Positions 45,082-55,003 of a stretch of 64,000 nt of DNA are shown in pieces (within the stretch, counting starts at the first letter, position 1; each line of letters starts with the position of its first letter). Source of the DNA: a bacterium (GTDB taxonomy: Bacteria; Patescibacteriota; Minisyncoccia; Phycocordibacterales; VMGT01). Location of the stretch: NCBI GenBank assembly GCA_030697645.1, contig JAUYPI010000018.1, forward strand, positions 10,457 to 74,456. The letters are read 5' to 3'. Below the pieces are notes generated by a model. That model ran no database searches and was not told the DNA's origin. It was given only the letters and a program-made list of their open reading frames with translations. A program made the position numbers and the translations under genes.

Positions 45082-45858
45082 GTGATTCTAGTCTGCTCTG
45101 ATTCAGACGGCGTTCTCAAAGATGGCAAGAAGCCGGTGCCACTAGAAATCATTCGAGCAATCGACACTGCCCGCGCGCGGCTCGATATCATGTTCGTCAG
45201 AATCACCGGCGCCCCCGTTGCCCACCTCTCTGACGGCCTCAAAGCTGATCGCGCTTTTGGCGAAGCCGGTGGCGTGGAACTATTGCCCGATGGTGCTGTC
45301 GCCGTAGCACGCTATGCCGAGAGGGCAGTCAGAGCTCTACGCACGCTAAAACAGGGTCTCGACGTCAGAGCCGAAGATGGAATCGTCGGCAGTCCATACG
45401 GCACGTTTGGCCTTGAGGGCGTACGGCATACATCCCTGACACTTTTTTTTGGAGAGCATGCGCTCTACCCCGGCCAGTCCACAACAGCAGAGCCTGAGCA
45501 CGTCGCAGCATGGATTCAAAATCACATTAGAAGGCTGGACTTGCCGCTCTATATGAGAGCTGGCAGAAGTGGCACGTACACGTATCTTGATATCGGCCAC
45601 CCGCAGGTCATGAAAAAAGAACGTGTGGTCAGGGTGATTTTGAGAAGCACATCCCATGAACGAGCCTATTATCTGGGCGACTCGGGGAATGATGCGGGTG
45701 CCATGCGTTTGAGAGGGATAATTCCGGTAACGTTTGCAAACGGTACCGCTGACATCCAAAGAATCGTCAAGAAAAGAAAGGGGTTAAAAATAGAAAAGCC
45801 TGGTCCGTACGGCGGTGTCGAAGAATTCTTTGCCCGCCTCAGTACAGGAGGTCTATAG
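45082..45858 (+). CDS. HAD-superfamily hydrolase (Cof-like sugar phosphatase)
   Basis: Motif I variant SDSDGVL and motif IV GDSGNDAGAM. Confidence 0.6.
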   Translation: MILVCSDSDGVLKDGKKPVPLEIIRAIDTARARLDIMFVRITGAPVAHLSDGLKADRAFGEAGGVELLPDGAVAVARYAERAVRALRTLKQGLDVRAEDGIVGSPYGTFGLEGVRHTSLTLFFGEHALYPGQSTTAEPEHVAAWIQNHIRRLDLPLYMRAGRSGTYTYLDIGHPQVMKKERVVRVILRSTSHERAYYLGDSGNDAGAMRLRGIIPVTFANGTADIQRIVKKRKGLKIEKPGPYGGVEEFFARLSTGGL

Positions 45859-45905
45859 CTCATAGTGTGGGGAGGTACTCGTACCTCCCCATTACCTTTG
45901 GTTGG

Positions 45906-46838
45906 TTATTGCCTCCCCCGCGCAAACACTGCTGCTGCGGCGCCTAAAAGCCCGGCATCGTCGCCAAGCGGCGTTCGTTGAATCTTTGGCAACGCAAGGT
46001 AGCGATCTGCATATTTCTTTATCCCCGCAAGAATAGTGGGGTTCTGGAGTGCCACCGACCCTCCGAGCGTGATTATTTCGGGATCGTACGCAACGATACA
46101 ATTAGAGATTGCGCGTCCGTTAATCCTATGCAGCTCTTCGAGAAAACGGCGTGAAAGACTCTCGCCCGCGCGAGCTCTCTCGAACAAATCCTTGGAGTCG
46201 GTCGGCTCAAAGTCAGTTCTACATCCATTGGCTTTCGTCCACGCTTCGAAAAATCTCGGGATGTTCCGTCCGGACGCATAGCCCTCCCAATGCCCGGCTC
46301 CCGTGCCGCAGGTACAGGGAAGATTAAGAGCGGTGTCAATGACCATGTGGCCCACTTCAGCCGCGTTGCCGCTTCTCCCGAGCACAAGTCTCCCATCAAC
46401 GAGCGCCCCAGCGCCAATGCCGGTTGAGATTGTTATATACAGAATGTTCTTGCGCCGTCGGCCTGCACCAAACCGCTGCTCCCCCAAAACCGCAGCATTA
46501 CAGTCGTTCAATAATACAACGGGCAGGTTGAATCTTTTTGAGAGCGGGGCCACCAGTGGCACAAAAGCAAATGGAATGTTGGGCGAGGAGAGCGGGCCTC
46601 CGCGCCTGTAATCGAGGGGGCCCATTGAAGATACACCGACGCCGAGAATGGGGATGCGTCTGTGCTTCGACGCGACTGACTCGAGCATCGCCGCAATTTT
46701 TTGAGGAATAACACCAGGTGTTTTTCCGTGCCGCGGCGTGTTAACTTTTAGTCTCTCAATAATCCGCCCGTCGGAGCATATAAGCCCGACCCGAACGTTC
46801 GTTGCCCCGAGATCAACCGCAAACGCATACGTTTTCAT
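45906..46838 (-). CDS. ROK-family sugar kinase (glucokinase / N-acetylglucosamine kinase-like)
   Basis: N-terminal DLGATNVRVGL ATP-binding motif, ROK Cys/His zinc motif (CTCGTGAGHWE), and GIGAG. Confidence 0.85.
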   Translation of the reverse strand: MKTYAFAVDLGATNVRVGLICSDGRIIERLKVNTPRHGKTPGVIPQKIAAMLESVASKHRRIPILGVGVSSMGPLDYRRGGPLSSPNIPFAFVPLVAPLSKRFNLPVVLLNDCNAAVLGEQRFGAGRRRKNILYITISTGIGAGALVDGRLVLGRSGNAAEVGHMVIDTALNLPCTCGTGAGHWEGYASGRNIPRFFEAWTKANGCRTDFEPTDSKDLFERARAGESLSRRFLEELHRINGRAISNCIVAYDPEIITLGGSVALQNPTILAGIKKYADRYLALPKIQRTPLGDDAGLLGAAAAVFARGRQ

Positions 46839-47041
46839 GGCACTGATTGCAACGACATTCAGTCCTTAGAAGATACAAACTGTCCTGGGCCGCACGGGCG
46901 TCTCTCTCTGGCCGAGCGGAGATGATTTATCGGGGGGACATAGTGAGGGGCATTTTGTGCCTTCCACAAAATGGTTATCCCCAGCTCATCGCTGCTATCT
47001 TACAGGTTACCATGTGATAAATTTAAGTCACCAGTGATGCT

Positions 47042-47377
47042 ATGCCCAAAGGTAAACCAATTTCAGGTGGAGGTGGTGGTATGCCTGCCGACGATGCATA
47101 CATGACGAAACGTGGCTGGGACAAGGGTCTCAGGCGTGATATTGCAGCGCTTCCGCGTCGAGATCGTGCACGCATTGAAGCCATGAAAGACGCAGGACAA
47201 TTGCTCGATTCGGACTATGCACGAGGCGGCGTATTCGGTCCAATAAAACGTGATGTTATCACCGGAAAAGAAGCAAAAACATTTATAGAGGGTATAGAGA
47301 AAAATCGCGCAACGTTGGGGTTGTCAGGGCGGTCAGTCGACGCTCTTAAAAATGCTTTTAAAAAACGAATGAGGTAG
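47042..47377 (+). CDS. hypothetical small basic protein
   Basis: ORF with a Gly-rich N-terminus, followed by a strong bidirectional terminator. Confidence 0.45.
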   Translation: MPKGKPISGGGGGMPADDAYMTKRGWDKGLRRDIAALPRRDRARIEAMKDAGQLLDSDYARGGVFGPIKRDVITGKEAKTFIEGIEKNRATLGLSGRSVDALKNAFKKRMR

Positions 47378-47438
47378 TGGAGAAGTAAGCGTTTTCTGCT
47401 CGCGTGGGGCTCGATAAAGCGCAAAGTTAATTACAGCA

Positions 47439-47482
47439 CCAAACAAAACCGTCCTGTCTGAAGCAGGACGGTTTTGTTTGGT
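47439..47482. terminator. bidirectional rho-independent terminator
   Basis: CCAAACAAAACCGTCCTG-TCTGAAG-CAGGACGGTTTTGTTTGG, a perfect 18-bp stem. Its 3' end abuts the tRNA-Leu 3' CCA. Confidence 0.8.
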
Positions 47483-47565
47483 GCCCAGGAGAGGATTTGA
47501 ACCTCCACGGGATTGCTCCCATACGCCCCTCAAGCGTACGCGTAAACCAGTTCCGCCACCTGGGC
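47479..47565 (-). tRNA. tRNA-Leu (anticodon GAG), long variable arm, CCA encoded
   Basis: Minus strand: acceptor GCCCAGG/CCTGGGC, anticodon stem-loop TACGC-TTGAGGG-GCGTA, variable arm TGGGAGCAATCCCGT, T-arm GGAGGTTCAAATCCTCT, 3' ACCA. Confidence 0.85.
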
Positions 47566-48270
47566 ATTTTTATTGTGGGTCTCATTTATGGAAAATATTT
47601 TTTGCGCTTTGACGAATTTTCTTTCTAGACAAGGAAGGCCTGTCGCATAGTACATGCGTTCAAAAAGAGCGAGGGATTCTCTTTTGGCGTATCGCAGTTG
47701 TAACACGCGCGAACCCTGACCTATTCGACCCCGTACGCCCACTAACCTCCGCGAGGTTTGTTGCAACCACTCTAAAAATGGGCGGCTTGCCGACACAAAC
47801 GAAAGATAAAACACGTAGCTGCTATGCCAACGTGGATCCCAATATGCATAGATGCTGCCGTCCCCATCAAAACATCCACGCAAAAAATCAAAAAAGAACT
47901 GGTCTGGAACCGCGAGCGCGCCGATGGTCTTGGATTTATTGGGGGTTAACCCAATGCCCTGCAACCAATGATAAAAACTAACATCTCCGAATTGAACCTT
48001 GTAATACTCCTTTTGATCCCCGCGACCACTATAACCCGTTCCTATTTTAATCCTTTGCAGCCCAAGAATATTTTTGAACGTTTCAAGCTGGTCCTTGTCT
48101 TTTGATACAAGAATTATATGTCGACCGCTTTTTGACAGGCTGCCGTCTGTTGCGATCAGGCCAACAGCGTAGGCCATTTTTTCTGACCACTCAATCGAAG
48201 ACGGATCGCGAGGTTTTGGCCCTCTCTTTCCCATCACTCTAGTATACCCTGTATACCAATTAGTAGACAA
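47530..48270 (-). CDS. LAGLIDADG-family homing endonuclease (double-motif, free-standing). Its 3' end overlaps the first ~35 nt of tRNA-Leu
   Basis: Two LAGLIDADG motifs, LIATDGSL and FDGDGSI, about 100 aa apart. Lower-GC gene between rplS and tRNA-Leu. Confidence 0.8.
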   Translation of the reverse strand: MSTNWYTGYTRVMGKRGPKPRDPSSIEWSEKMAYAVGLIATDGSLSKSGRHIILVSKDKDQLETFKNILGLQRIKIGTGYSGRGDQKEYYKVQFGDVSFYHWLQGIGLTPNKSKTIGALAVPDQFFFDFLRGCFDGDGSIYAYWDPRWHSSYVFYLSFVSASRPFLEWLQQTSRRLVGVRGRIGQGSRVLQLRYAKRESLALFERMYYATGLPCLERKFVKAQKIFSINETHNKNAQVAELVYAYA

Positions 48271-48305
48271 CCCAACAGCAAAGAAAGGGAAGCAGTGCGG
48301 ACCCG

Positions 48306-48737
48306 TTACCCGGCAACAACATTACTACCCTCCTGTTGGTCGCTCACCTCGACCGGCTTCGGTGTATCGTCCTCCGTCGTCCGGTATTCGAGCCTGCTGC
48401 GGCGGAGCTGGCGGCGCGCTTCTCTCGCCGCTCTCTCGCGGATGTAGCCAAGCTTCGCGCGGCGCACCTTCGCGCGCTTCACAATCTCGATTTTGGCGAT
48501 GACCGGCGAGTGGAGGGGAAAAATGCGCTCGACGCCGACGCCGCTTGCGACGCGCCGCACTGTAAATGTCGCGCCGATCTCACTCCCATGCCGCACGCCG
48601 AGCACGAGCCCCTCGAAGAGCTGCACCCGCGTCTTGCCCTTTTCTTGTATTTTCTGCGAGACGCGCACCGTGTCCCCGGGCCGAATGCCGAGCTTAGCGC
48701 GCGCTGCCCTATTCACCGGCGTAAAAACAATTGCCAT
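48306..48737 (-). CDS. rplS: 50S ribosomal protein L19 with a ~40-aa C-terminal extension
   Basis: [31 protein letters not shown] core of bL19. The start is taken at MAIVFTPV. Confidence 0.85.
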   Translation of the reverse strand: MAIVFTPVNRAARAKLGIRPGDTVRVSQKIQEKGKTRVQLFEGLVLGVRHGSEIGATFTVRRVASGVGVERIFPLHSPVIAKIEIVKRAKVRRAKLGYIRERAAREARRQLRRSRLEYRTTEDDTPKPVEVSDQQEGSNVVAG

Positions 48738-48778
48738 TAGACAAGACGATACCATGACGTCTCGCGGGGCGCAATGCA

Positions 48779-49549
48779 CTATGACGCCCGCATGCCGTCG
48801 AGTAGTACGAGCGCCCGCTCGAAATCCTCCGGCAGTGGCGCCTCGAGTGTGAGACGCACGAGAGAGGGCATAACGAGCGAGAGTTGCCGTGCATGGAGCG
48901 CAAGGCGCGTGAAGCCGAGCGCGCAGGCTCGGGCGGATGCGTACCGACGGTCACACACAACGGGGTGCCCAATTGCCTTGAAATGAACACGGATCTGATG
49001 CGTCCGGCCAGTCTTCGGCCGCACCTCGAGAAAAGAAAAGCCCCCCGCAGTCTCAAGCACGCGATACTCGGTCAGTGCGTCGCGAAGTTTCCCGCGCGCC
49101 CCTCGCTCCGCAGAAAACTTTCTAAAATCGTTCCGACTCCGGCCGATTGAAGCCGTAATCGTGCCAGAATGCTCGTGCGGCACACCATAAAGAAACGCAT
49201 TATATGTCTTACTCACCTCGCGCGCTTGAAATGCGTGTTTCAAATACGCAAACATCTCCTGTGTTTTTGCGATAAGCACTACACCAGAGGTCTCCCGATC
49301 AAGTCGGTGCACGATCCCCGGGCGCGCGAGCACGCTTCCGTCGGCGAGCCGCATCGGCTCGCCGACCCCCTCGATCGCCGGATAATGCTCCGTGGCCCAG
49401 TCGGCAACCGTGCCGCCTGCTTCCTTATCGCTCGCATGTATCAAAACACCTGCTGGTTTATTGATACCTATGAGCACGTCATCTTCGTATATAACAGTAA
49501 TTGTTCCCGCCATGTAGTTATCTGCCATGACGCCTCGTGCGCTCGGCAT
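48779..49549 (-). CDS. RluA-family pseudouridine synthase (RluD/RluC-like)
   Basis: Catalytic [12 protein letters not shown] motif and the RluA-family core ([18 protein letters not shown]). Confidence 0.85.
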   Translation of the reverse strand: MPSARGVMADNYMAGTITVIYEDDVLIGINKPAGVLIHASDKEAGGTVADWATEHYPAIEGVGEPMRLADGSVLARPGIVHRLDRETSGVVLIAKTQEMFAYLKHAFQAREVSKTYNAFLYGVPHEHSGTITASIGRSRNDFRKFSAERGARGKLRDALTEYRVLETAGGFSFLEVRPKTGRTHQIRVHFKAIGHPVVCDRRYASARACALGFTRLALHARQLSLVMPSLVRLTLEAPLPEDFERALVLLDGMRAS

Positions 49550-50240
49550 ACTGTTTAATCAGAGAAAAAAATTCCTTTTTTGAAAAAGCGGGCCAGTAAG
49601 TATCGGTGAAAAAAAGTTCGCTATACACCGACTGCCACGGCAAAAAGCCCGAGAGCCGATATTCCCCACTCGTACGAATAATCATATCTGGATCGGGAAA
49701 ATCCTTCGTCCATAATTTCTTCGTAAACAGCGTTTCATCGAGATGTATAGTTTCTGTTGGGGAAAGAGAGCGAATCGCCGAAATAATTTCCGCTCGTCCA
49801 CCATACGAGAGTGCCACACCAAGCGTCAGACCGGAAAATATCTTTGTTTTTTCTTCAACACGTTTCATCCCCGCCACCACATCAGGCGAAAAACGTTCTC
49901 GCTCACCGATAAAAATAACACGTGTTTTTTGTGTTGTTGCTGCCGTGAGCAAATCATTCATCATCGTGCGGAAAAGATCCATCAAATAACTGACTTCGTC
50001 TTGGGCACGATTCCAATTTTCCGTCGAAAACGCATAGACAATAACATGTGAAATGCCGATTTCCCGGGCCCATTCGATAAGCTTTTTGAGTTTCGCATAT
50101 CCTCGTCTATGCCCTTCGAATGTTGGCAGGCCCCGCGCACGAGCAAAGCGGCGGTTGCCGTCCATAATGATTCCGACGCAGCAGGGCACTGTTGTTGCTT
50201 TCTCGGGAATAGCACCGTCTTGTTTTTTTCTCCAAAGCAT
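49518..50240 (-). CDS. uppS: undecaprenyl-diphosphate synthase (cis-isoprenyl transferase)
   Basis: GIIMDGNRRFA substrate-binding motif and the C-terminal RxxG / ExxxR region of the UPPS fold. Confidence 0.85.
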   Translation of the reverse strand: MLWRKKQDGAIPEKATTVPCCVGIIMDGNRRFARARGLPTFEGHRRGYAKLKKLIEWAREIGISHVIVYAFSTENWNRAQDEVSYLMDLFRTMMNDLLTAATTQKTRVIFIGERERFSPDVVAGMKRVEEKTKIFSGLTLGVALSYGGRAEIISAIRSLSPTETIHLDETLFTKKLWTKDFPDPDMIIRTSGEYRLSGFLPWQSVYSELFFTDTYWPAFSKKEFFSLIKQYAERTRRHGR

Positions 50241-50245
50241 CGTAC

Positions 50246-50524
50246 TTAGTACACTATTCGGAAATCAGAATAGTTTCCCTGCGGCTCGTTCCATGCGACA
50301 GCGACATGCTCGACAGACGAAAGTAGAGGACCTTTTTTGAGGATCTCGATGAATGCTCGCAAGTCCTCTTCTCTTCCCTCCGCCTCCACTCGTACGGAAC
50401 CATCCGGCATATTTTGCACCGTCCCGACAAGGTGAAGCCGCCGAGCATTGCGTTTCGCAAAGTCGCGGTACATCACCATCTGCACACGGCCGGTAATGCG
50501 ACACAAAATTTCTTTCTGTTTCAT
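50246..50524 (-). CDS. acyP: acylphosphatase
   Basis: 92 aa. ITGRVQMVMYRDF and GTVQNMPDGSVRVEAEG motifs of the acylphosphatase fold. Confidence 0.8.
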   Translation of the reverse strand: MKQKEILCRITGRVQMVMYRDFAKRNARRLHLVGTVQNMPDGSVRVEAEGREEDLRAFIEILKKGPLLSSVEHVAVAWNEPQGNYSDFRIVY

Positions 50525-50618
50525 ACGTTGGCATTGCGCTCGGCGCTACAAGCATGCTATAAAAACGTGAGTTGTAAGCTCTACTCGAATCGAAGGCACC
50601 TCAGAAAAGGGAATACCC

Positions 50619-51251
50619 ATGCTCAAAAAAGTAGACCATGTGACCTATGCCGTGCTACCGGAGCGTATGCGTTTCTGGCTATGGTACCATATTGAAGTAG
50701 AAGGGGGGCGGCTCGTAACTAAGCTCGACGATGTAACTCCCGACGCACCGAGCAGTATGACGCTCTGCTGTATCGACTACGATGACGAATTCGGAATCGC
50801 GCTCGTCTCGGGTATTGACCGGGTGAAACGCTCGCAGGTGAGCGTCTTCGTTGAGCGACACGGAGATCACGCCGTCCAGCACGTGGCGTATGGCGTCGAA
50901 AACCTCGACGACTTTGTCAATCGGCTCTGCTCGCTCGGTGGACGGATGCGCGGTGAAATGATCACGCGCCATGACGGTTTCGGCCTGGTGAAGCAAGGCT
51001 TTGGGAAAGGATACGCGGCGTCCGGAGACCCGGCGGCAGACTCGTTCCCGGAGTACCTCGAGCGTCCTCCTCGTGCGCGGCGCAAGAAAGCCCGCATGCG
51101 GCCGCATATTACTTTTTCAGTAACCGCAGGGCGCGGATTCTACGAACAACTTGAACGCGCTCGCGCTACGGCTGACGCCGAGCCGCTCATCGACGAGTCC
51201 TCAATGCCATCCGATTGGACGATACCGGAGCCGCAAACAAAAACGCCGTAA
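50619..51251 (+). CDS. VOC-superfamily (glyoxalase/dioxygenase-like) protein, tentative
   Basis: Paired beta-alpha-beta-beta-beta-like modules beginning HVTYAV / VQHVAYGV. Weak assignment. Confidence 0.4.
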   Translation: MLKKVDHVTYAVLPERMRFWLWYHIEVEGGRLVTKLDDVTPDAPSSMTLCCIDYDDEFGIALVSGIDRVKRSQVSVFVERHGDHAVQHVAYGVENLDDFVNRLCSLGGRMRGEMITRHDGFGLVKQGFGKGYAASGDPAADSFPEYLERPPRARRKKARMRPHITFSVTAGRGFYEQLERARATADAEPLIDESSMPSDWTIPEPQTKTP

Positions 51252-51352
51252 GCGATGCACGTAGCGTCTATGGCACCATCGCCCCGCCCGAGAGAGCGGG
51301 GCGTCTTCTGTGGGATTCTCGCGTTTACCACAGAAGACTGTGGTGGGCACGC

Positions 51353-51613
51353 TTATCCATACAATCGATCATGCGGGCCGATTTCGACAAAAACGACCGT
51401 GTCGCGATCGAGCTGTTTAAAAATGACTCGTAGGTCCCCGCCGACATTAAAGCCCCGGTACCCATCATATTTCCCGGCGAGCGGATGATTGTTGAGCAAC
51501 GGATGGAATTGATCCGCCAAAAAAAGATCGCGTCGCTCCTTGAATTTTCTTTTCTCGGCAAGACGGAGCAGCCGATACCTCTTCTCAAAACGCCTATGGA
51601 GAATAATAATCAT
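51353..51613 (-). CDS. RelE/ParE-superfamily toxin (YafQ-like)
   Basis: 86 aa. HPLAGKYDGYRGFNVGGDLRVIF...VFVEIGPHDRLY matches the RelE/YafQ pattern. It overlaps the upstream antitoxin gene (ATGA). Confidence 0.75.
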   Translation of the reverse strand: MIIILHRRFEKRYRLLRLAEKRKFKERRDLFLADQFHPLLNNHPLAGKYDGYRGFNVGGDLRVIFKQLDRDTVVFVEIGPHDRLYG

Positions 51614-51885
51614 AGCGCGTCGAGGTAGGCGTCCATTTTCGCGGCACTCGTAAACGCGGGCGAAAAATTTTTCTTCCTGCGAATATCACGATCAACGTCC
51701 ACCAACAGCCGCTCGAGCTCCGGCGACATGCGGGGGATAGTGGCGGCATACAGCGCTCGGCTCCGAATAAATTGGCGGAGCTGCGCATTCATCACCGCGG
51801 AGAGGGAGAGACCGAGCTCTCCCGCGATCTGCTGCGCGTTTTCTTTCACTTCCCGATCTGCCTTAATGTGAATGATTGTTTTCAT
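51610..51885 (-). CDS. RelB/DinJ-family antitoxin
   Basis: Small ribbon-helix-helix-like N-terminus (IHIKADREVKENAQQIAGELGLSLSAVMNAQLRQF). Translationally coupled to the toxin. Confidence 0.7.
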   Translation of the reverse strand: MKTIIHIKADREVKENAQQIAGELGLSLSAVMNAQLRQFIRSRALYAATIPRMSPELERLLVDVDRDIRRKKNFSPAFTSAAKMDAYLDAL

Positions 51886-51943
51886 AACCTGAAGTATATA
51901 CGACGGTTACAGATGAGTCAAGCAGGCCTCTCGTACCTATCTC

Positions 51944-53173
51944 TCACACCACAATTTCTTCCCCTTTGTAGTGCCGCAGCGTCGGGAGCGCGCGGGCGAC
52001 GAGGAGTGTCGCGACGAGCGTCCCTATGCCGCCCGCGACGACCGAGAACGGTGCCGACGTCGCCGCGGCGAGAAGCCCGGCCTCGGCATCCCCGAGCTTC
52101 GGTCCCCCTGCTGCAAACAGAAGATTGATGCCGACCATCCGGCCCCGGAGGCGCCCGGGCGTCAGTGTGTGTCGAATCGTATTGCGCAGGATAACGCTCA
52201 CCATGTCGCCTGCCCCCGCGAGCGCGAGCAGCGCGAGCGAGAGATAAAAGGAACGTGAGAGCCCGAACCCGATCGTTGCAATGCCGTAGACGCTGACCGC
52301 TACAAGTATAATCCGCCCCTGATGTTCTATGTGTTTCAGGCCGGACAGCGCAAGTCCCGCAAGAATGGCGCCTGCGGACGTCGCCGCGTAGAGGATCCCA
52401 AGCCCCCGGGCGTCCACCGCGAGAATGTCCAGCGCGAAAATAGGCAGGAGCGACGTTGCGGATCCGAAAAACGTGGCAAAAAAATCGAGGAGGGTTGTCG
52501 AGAAAATAATCTTTGAGTTTTTGACGAATCGCACCCCTTCCACAAACGAGTGCACGCTAAATGACGCCCGTGCCTCGGCGTGGTGTGGGCGAATGTTGAG
52601 CGGGATAATGGTGAGTATCATCGCGACGAGCGCAACGCTGTTAAAGAAATAAATACTCTGCACGCCGTAGAGCGCGATGAGAAAGCCGGCGATCGCGGGG
52701 CCGACGATAACCGCTGCCTGCCGCGCGAGCGTGTTTAAGCTGACCGCGTTAAGAAGGTGCGTCTTGGGGATCAAATCTGGGATGATGGATTGCCGCACCG
52801 GCCCAAAGAAAGCCATCGCAGCAAAATTGCATGCCACCAGCGCAAAGAGCAGCGCCGGAGAAACTGCGCTAGACGCTGTTGTGAGAGCGAGGGTGAGAGC
52901 AACGAGGGCCAGGAAGACCTGGGTGGCAACCAAGAGTTTCTTTCTGTTCACGGTGTCCGCCGCGATCCCACCGACGCTCGAAAGCAGAAGAATCGGCAGA
53001 AAACTCACGACACCGATGAGCCCGAGCATCACGGCGGAGCGGGTCATCTCATACATCTGCCAGCTGATCGCAATAGCCTGCATCTGGGAACCCATCTGCG
53101 AGACAAAAAAGCCGGCGAGAAAGAGCCGGTATTCCCTGATGGAGAGTGACGAAAAAGGGGAAAGTTTTTTCAT
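51944..53173 (-). CDS. MFS-family transporter
   Basis: Twelve predicted TM helices with MFS-like loop motifs. The start is set at MKKLSPF; the ORF-track upstream extension is GC-rich leader. Confidence 0.8.
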   Translation of the reverse strand: MKKLSPFSSLSIREYRLFLAGFFVSQMGSQMQAIAISWQMYEMTRSAVMLGLIGVVSFLPILLLSSVGGIAADTVNRKKLLVATQVFLALVALTLALTTASSAVSPALLFALVACNFAAMAFFGPVRQSIIPDLIPKTHLLNAVSLNTLARQAAVIVGPAIAGFLIALYGVQSIYFFNSVALVAMILTIIPLNIRPHHAEARASFSVHSFVEGVRFVKNSKIIFSTTLLDFFATFFGSATSLLPIFALDILAVDARGLGILYAATSAGAILAGLALSGLKHIEHQGRIILVAVSVYGIATIGFGLSRSFYLSLALLALAGAGDMVSVILRNTIRHTLTPGRLRGRMVGINLLFAAGGPKLGDAEAGLLAAATSAPFSVVAGGIGTLVATLLVARALPTLRHYKGEEIVV

Positions 53174-53192
53174 AAAAAATAAGGTAACGAAC

Positions 53193-53335
53193 GGAGGAGG
53201 TGGCATTGAACCTCGTCGCTCCGCTCCTCGCTCAGAACCCACGGTTCTAAACAGCTCCCCCCAGCCCTCTCTAGCGGGAAGGGCTGGGTCGCTGCTCTCC
53301 TGCACGGGGAACTCCCGTCTTCGGCGGGGCTCCCT
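53193..53335 (+). repeat. GC-rich tRNA-Ser-related repeat, copy 1 (partial)
   Basis: Shares GGAGGAGGTGG, ACCCACGGTT and CACGGGGAACTCCCGT blocks with 56171-56303. It flanks an AT-rich islet. Confidence 0.5.
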
Positions 53336-53336
53336 T

Positions 53337-53708
53337 CTACATAGTAGCCCTATATGCCTTTATCCTATCCTTATCTTCGTTTTCCGATTCACCCTTGAAA
53401 TAAATCTCAATAAACTCGACCTTCAGTGTTTGGACATGGAAAGCGTAGATGATCCTGATCCCACTTTTCACTCCACGTCCCTTCAATGCCTTACAAGCAA
53501 ATTTTTTGAGTTTGCAAATTAGAACCTCGTCAGTACAGAATTGCGGCATCGGGAAGATTGCCTGCTTATTGATCTTTTGGGTGTGGTAAAGCTCAGTGGC
53601 GAACGCCTTGGCAACCTCAATATCTTCGTTGAGGGAGTGAAATTTCTTGAGAAGTCTCTTGAGATCACGCTCAAATTCTTCCGTGGAGCTATAAGTCAGT
53701 TTCGTCAT
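53337..53708 (-). CDS. RelE/ParE-fold toxin (ParE_toxin-like)
   Basis: C-terminal LKGRGVKSGIRIIYAFHVQTLKVEFIEIYFKG resembles the ParE/RelE core (Y-R-I-I-Y ... hydrophobic ... K). It overlaps the upstream HTH-antitoxin gene by 20 nt. ~35% GC. Confidence 0.55.
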   Translation of the reverse strand: MTKLTYSSTEEFERDLKRLLKKFHSLNEDIEVAKAFATELYHTQKINKQAIFPMPQFCTDEVLICKLKKFACKALKGRGVKSGIRIIYAFHVQTLKVEFIEIYFKGESENEDKDRIKAYRATM

Positions 53709-54468
53709 AGATCCGTACGGAAGTTTCCGGAGTTCGATAAAAGACAGATTCGTATTTTATGATTTGCCCCTCTTCGGTCCCAAGCCAGGGCACATCTTTA
53801 TGAGAGTAGTCGCTCAATTCAGTCGCGGTTTTATCGGAAAGTCGAGAAAGCACTTCGTCTATATGTTTGATTTCTTGGGCATTTAGGACGGAAATATCAG
53901 CATCTCTTCGCGGAAGATACTTGGTTTGCTCGTGTTGAAAATACTTGCTCTTGACCGTCTCTAGTTCGCCTTTCTTCTCCATTGACTCAACGATCTTCTT
54001 AAACTCAACTGGAGTCGGTCCGAAATGATTCCGTGTGTATGTTGCTCCAATGAGCTGTTCTTCAAACTTTTCGTAAAAATCAAAGTCAATAAAGTAGAGT
54101 AGCTTATACAGCACCGTCATACCGACATTTGGTTTACTGCCGACTTTCTTAAGTATATAAAGCAAAACCTCCTTGAACTTTTTAACATGACGTTGGGGCA
54201 CATCAATACGCATCTCCTGTTTCGGGGAGCTGTGGGCTTTTTCACTTAAAGAAACTTTGACGTCCGGAGCTACCTTGCCTGCAATCAGATCTGAAAATGA
54301 AATATTAAAAATTTGGGCGATCTTGTTCGCCTGGGAGAGAGTGAGTTCTTTTGCCCCCTTCTCAATTTCTATATAACTCGCACGAGAAACACCGATTTTA
54401 TCAGCCACAAAAGCCTGCGAAAGCCCCTGCTTATTACGCAGTTCTAGTAGAAAATAGTGCTTAATCAT
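53689..54468 (-). CDS. XRE-family HTH fused to a Panacea (DUF4065, SocA-like) antitoxin domain
   Basis: N-terminal HTH (LRNKQGLSQAFVADKIGVSRASYIEIEKG). The C-terminal VLYKLLYFIDFDFYEKFEEQLIGATYTRNHFGPTPVEF matches the DUF4065/Panacea pattern. Confidence 0.65.
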   Translation of the reverse strand: MIKHYFLLELRNKQGLSQAFVADKIGVSRASYIEIEKGAKELTLSQANKIAQIFNISFSDLIAGKVAPDVKVSLSEKAHSSPKQEMRIDVPQRHVKKFKEVLLYILKKVGSKPNVGMTVLYKLLYFIDFDFYEKFEEQLIGATYTRNHFGPTPVEFKKIVESMEKKGELETVKSKYFQHEQTKYLPRRDADISVLNAQEIKHIDEVLSRLSDKTATELSDYSHKDVPWLGTEEGQIIKYESVFYRTPETSVRIYDETDL

Positions 54469-54650
54469 GGTTTGAGTATAGCAAACGGGAATAAGTTGTC
54501 AAGTATTCCGACAATCTAACTGTTGATAATCTTGACAACGAAAATGCGAGGAGTAAAATAGCAAAAGAGTGGCACTGTTGCGGCAGTAACCACTCGATCA
54601 TTCGGAAAGGCTTTTTAGCCCTTTGGGGCCTTCCGGCCTATCTCTGCACA

Positions 54651-54929
54651 ATGCGATCCAACAATTTCATTCTAACAGACCTAGACTCATTAACAAACAA
54701 GGGTTATAAACTTCTTCACAAAATGCCCTATTACACTCGTAATACTGGCAAACCGTGGAAGGCACAAGACGTTTCCCAACTCAGGCAACTGATTCATCAA
54801 AATGCCCCGACGCGGGTAGCCGGATTCAAACTTGGGAGAACTGATGATGCAGTCAGGGCCGAGGCAAGCAAAATAGGCCTCAGTCTCAAACCGGCAAATC
54901 AGTCCCCGTACACTCGCCGTAAGTCGTAG
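54651..54929 (+). CDS. hypothetical small protein (AT-rich islet)
   Basis: ORF with no recognisable motif. Confidence 0.35.
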   Translation: MRSNNFILTDLDSLTNKGYKLLHKMPYYTRNTGKPWKAQDVSQLRQLIHQNAPTRVAGFKLGRTDDAVRAEASKIGLSLKPANQSPYTRRKS

Positions 54930-55003
54930 GTAATAAAAGAGGAGCAGAGCCGCAACCTGCTCCTCTTTTATTTCCCAGATTTAGTTCGATTATCTTGTTT
55001 GCA

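Noticed and set aside
53193-53335. Possible SRP RNA or tRNA-Sec in the GC-rich spacer upstream of the MFS gene
   Set aside because: No SRP domain-IV motif (GGAA...AGCAG symmetric loop) and no cloverleaf could be built. It is better explained as a partial copy of the tRNA-Ser-related repeat.
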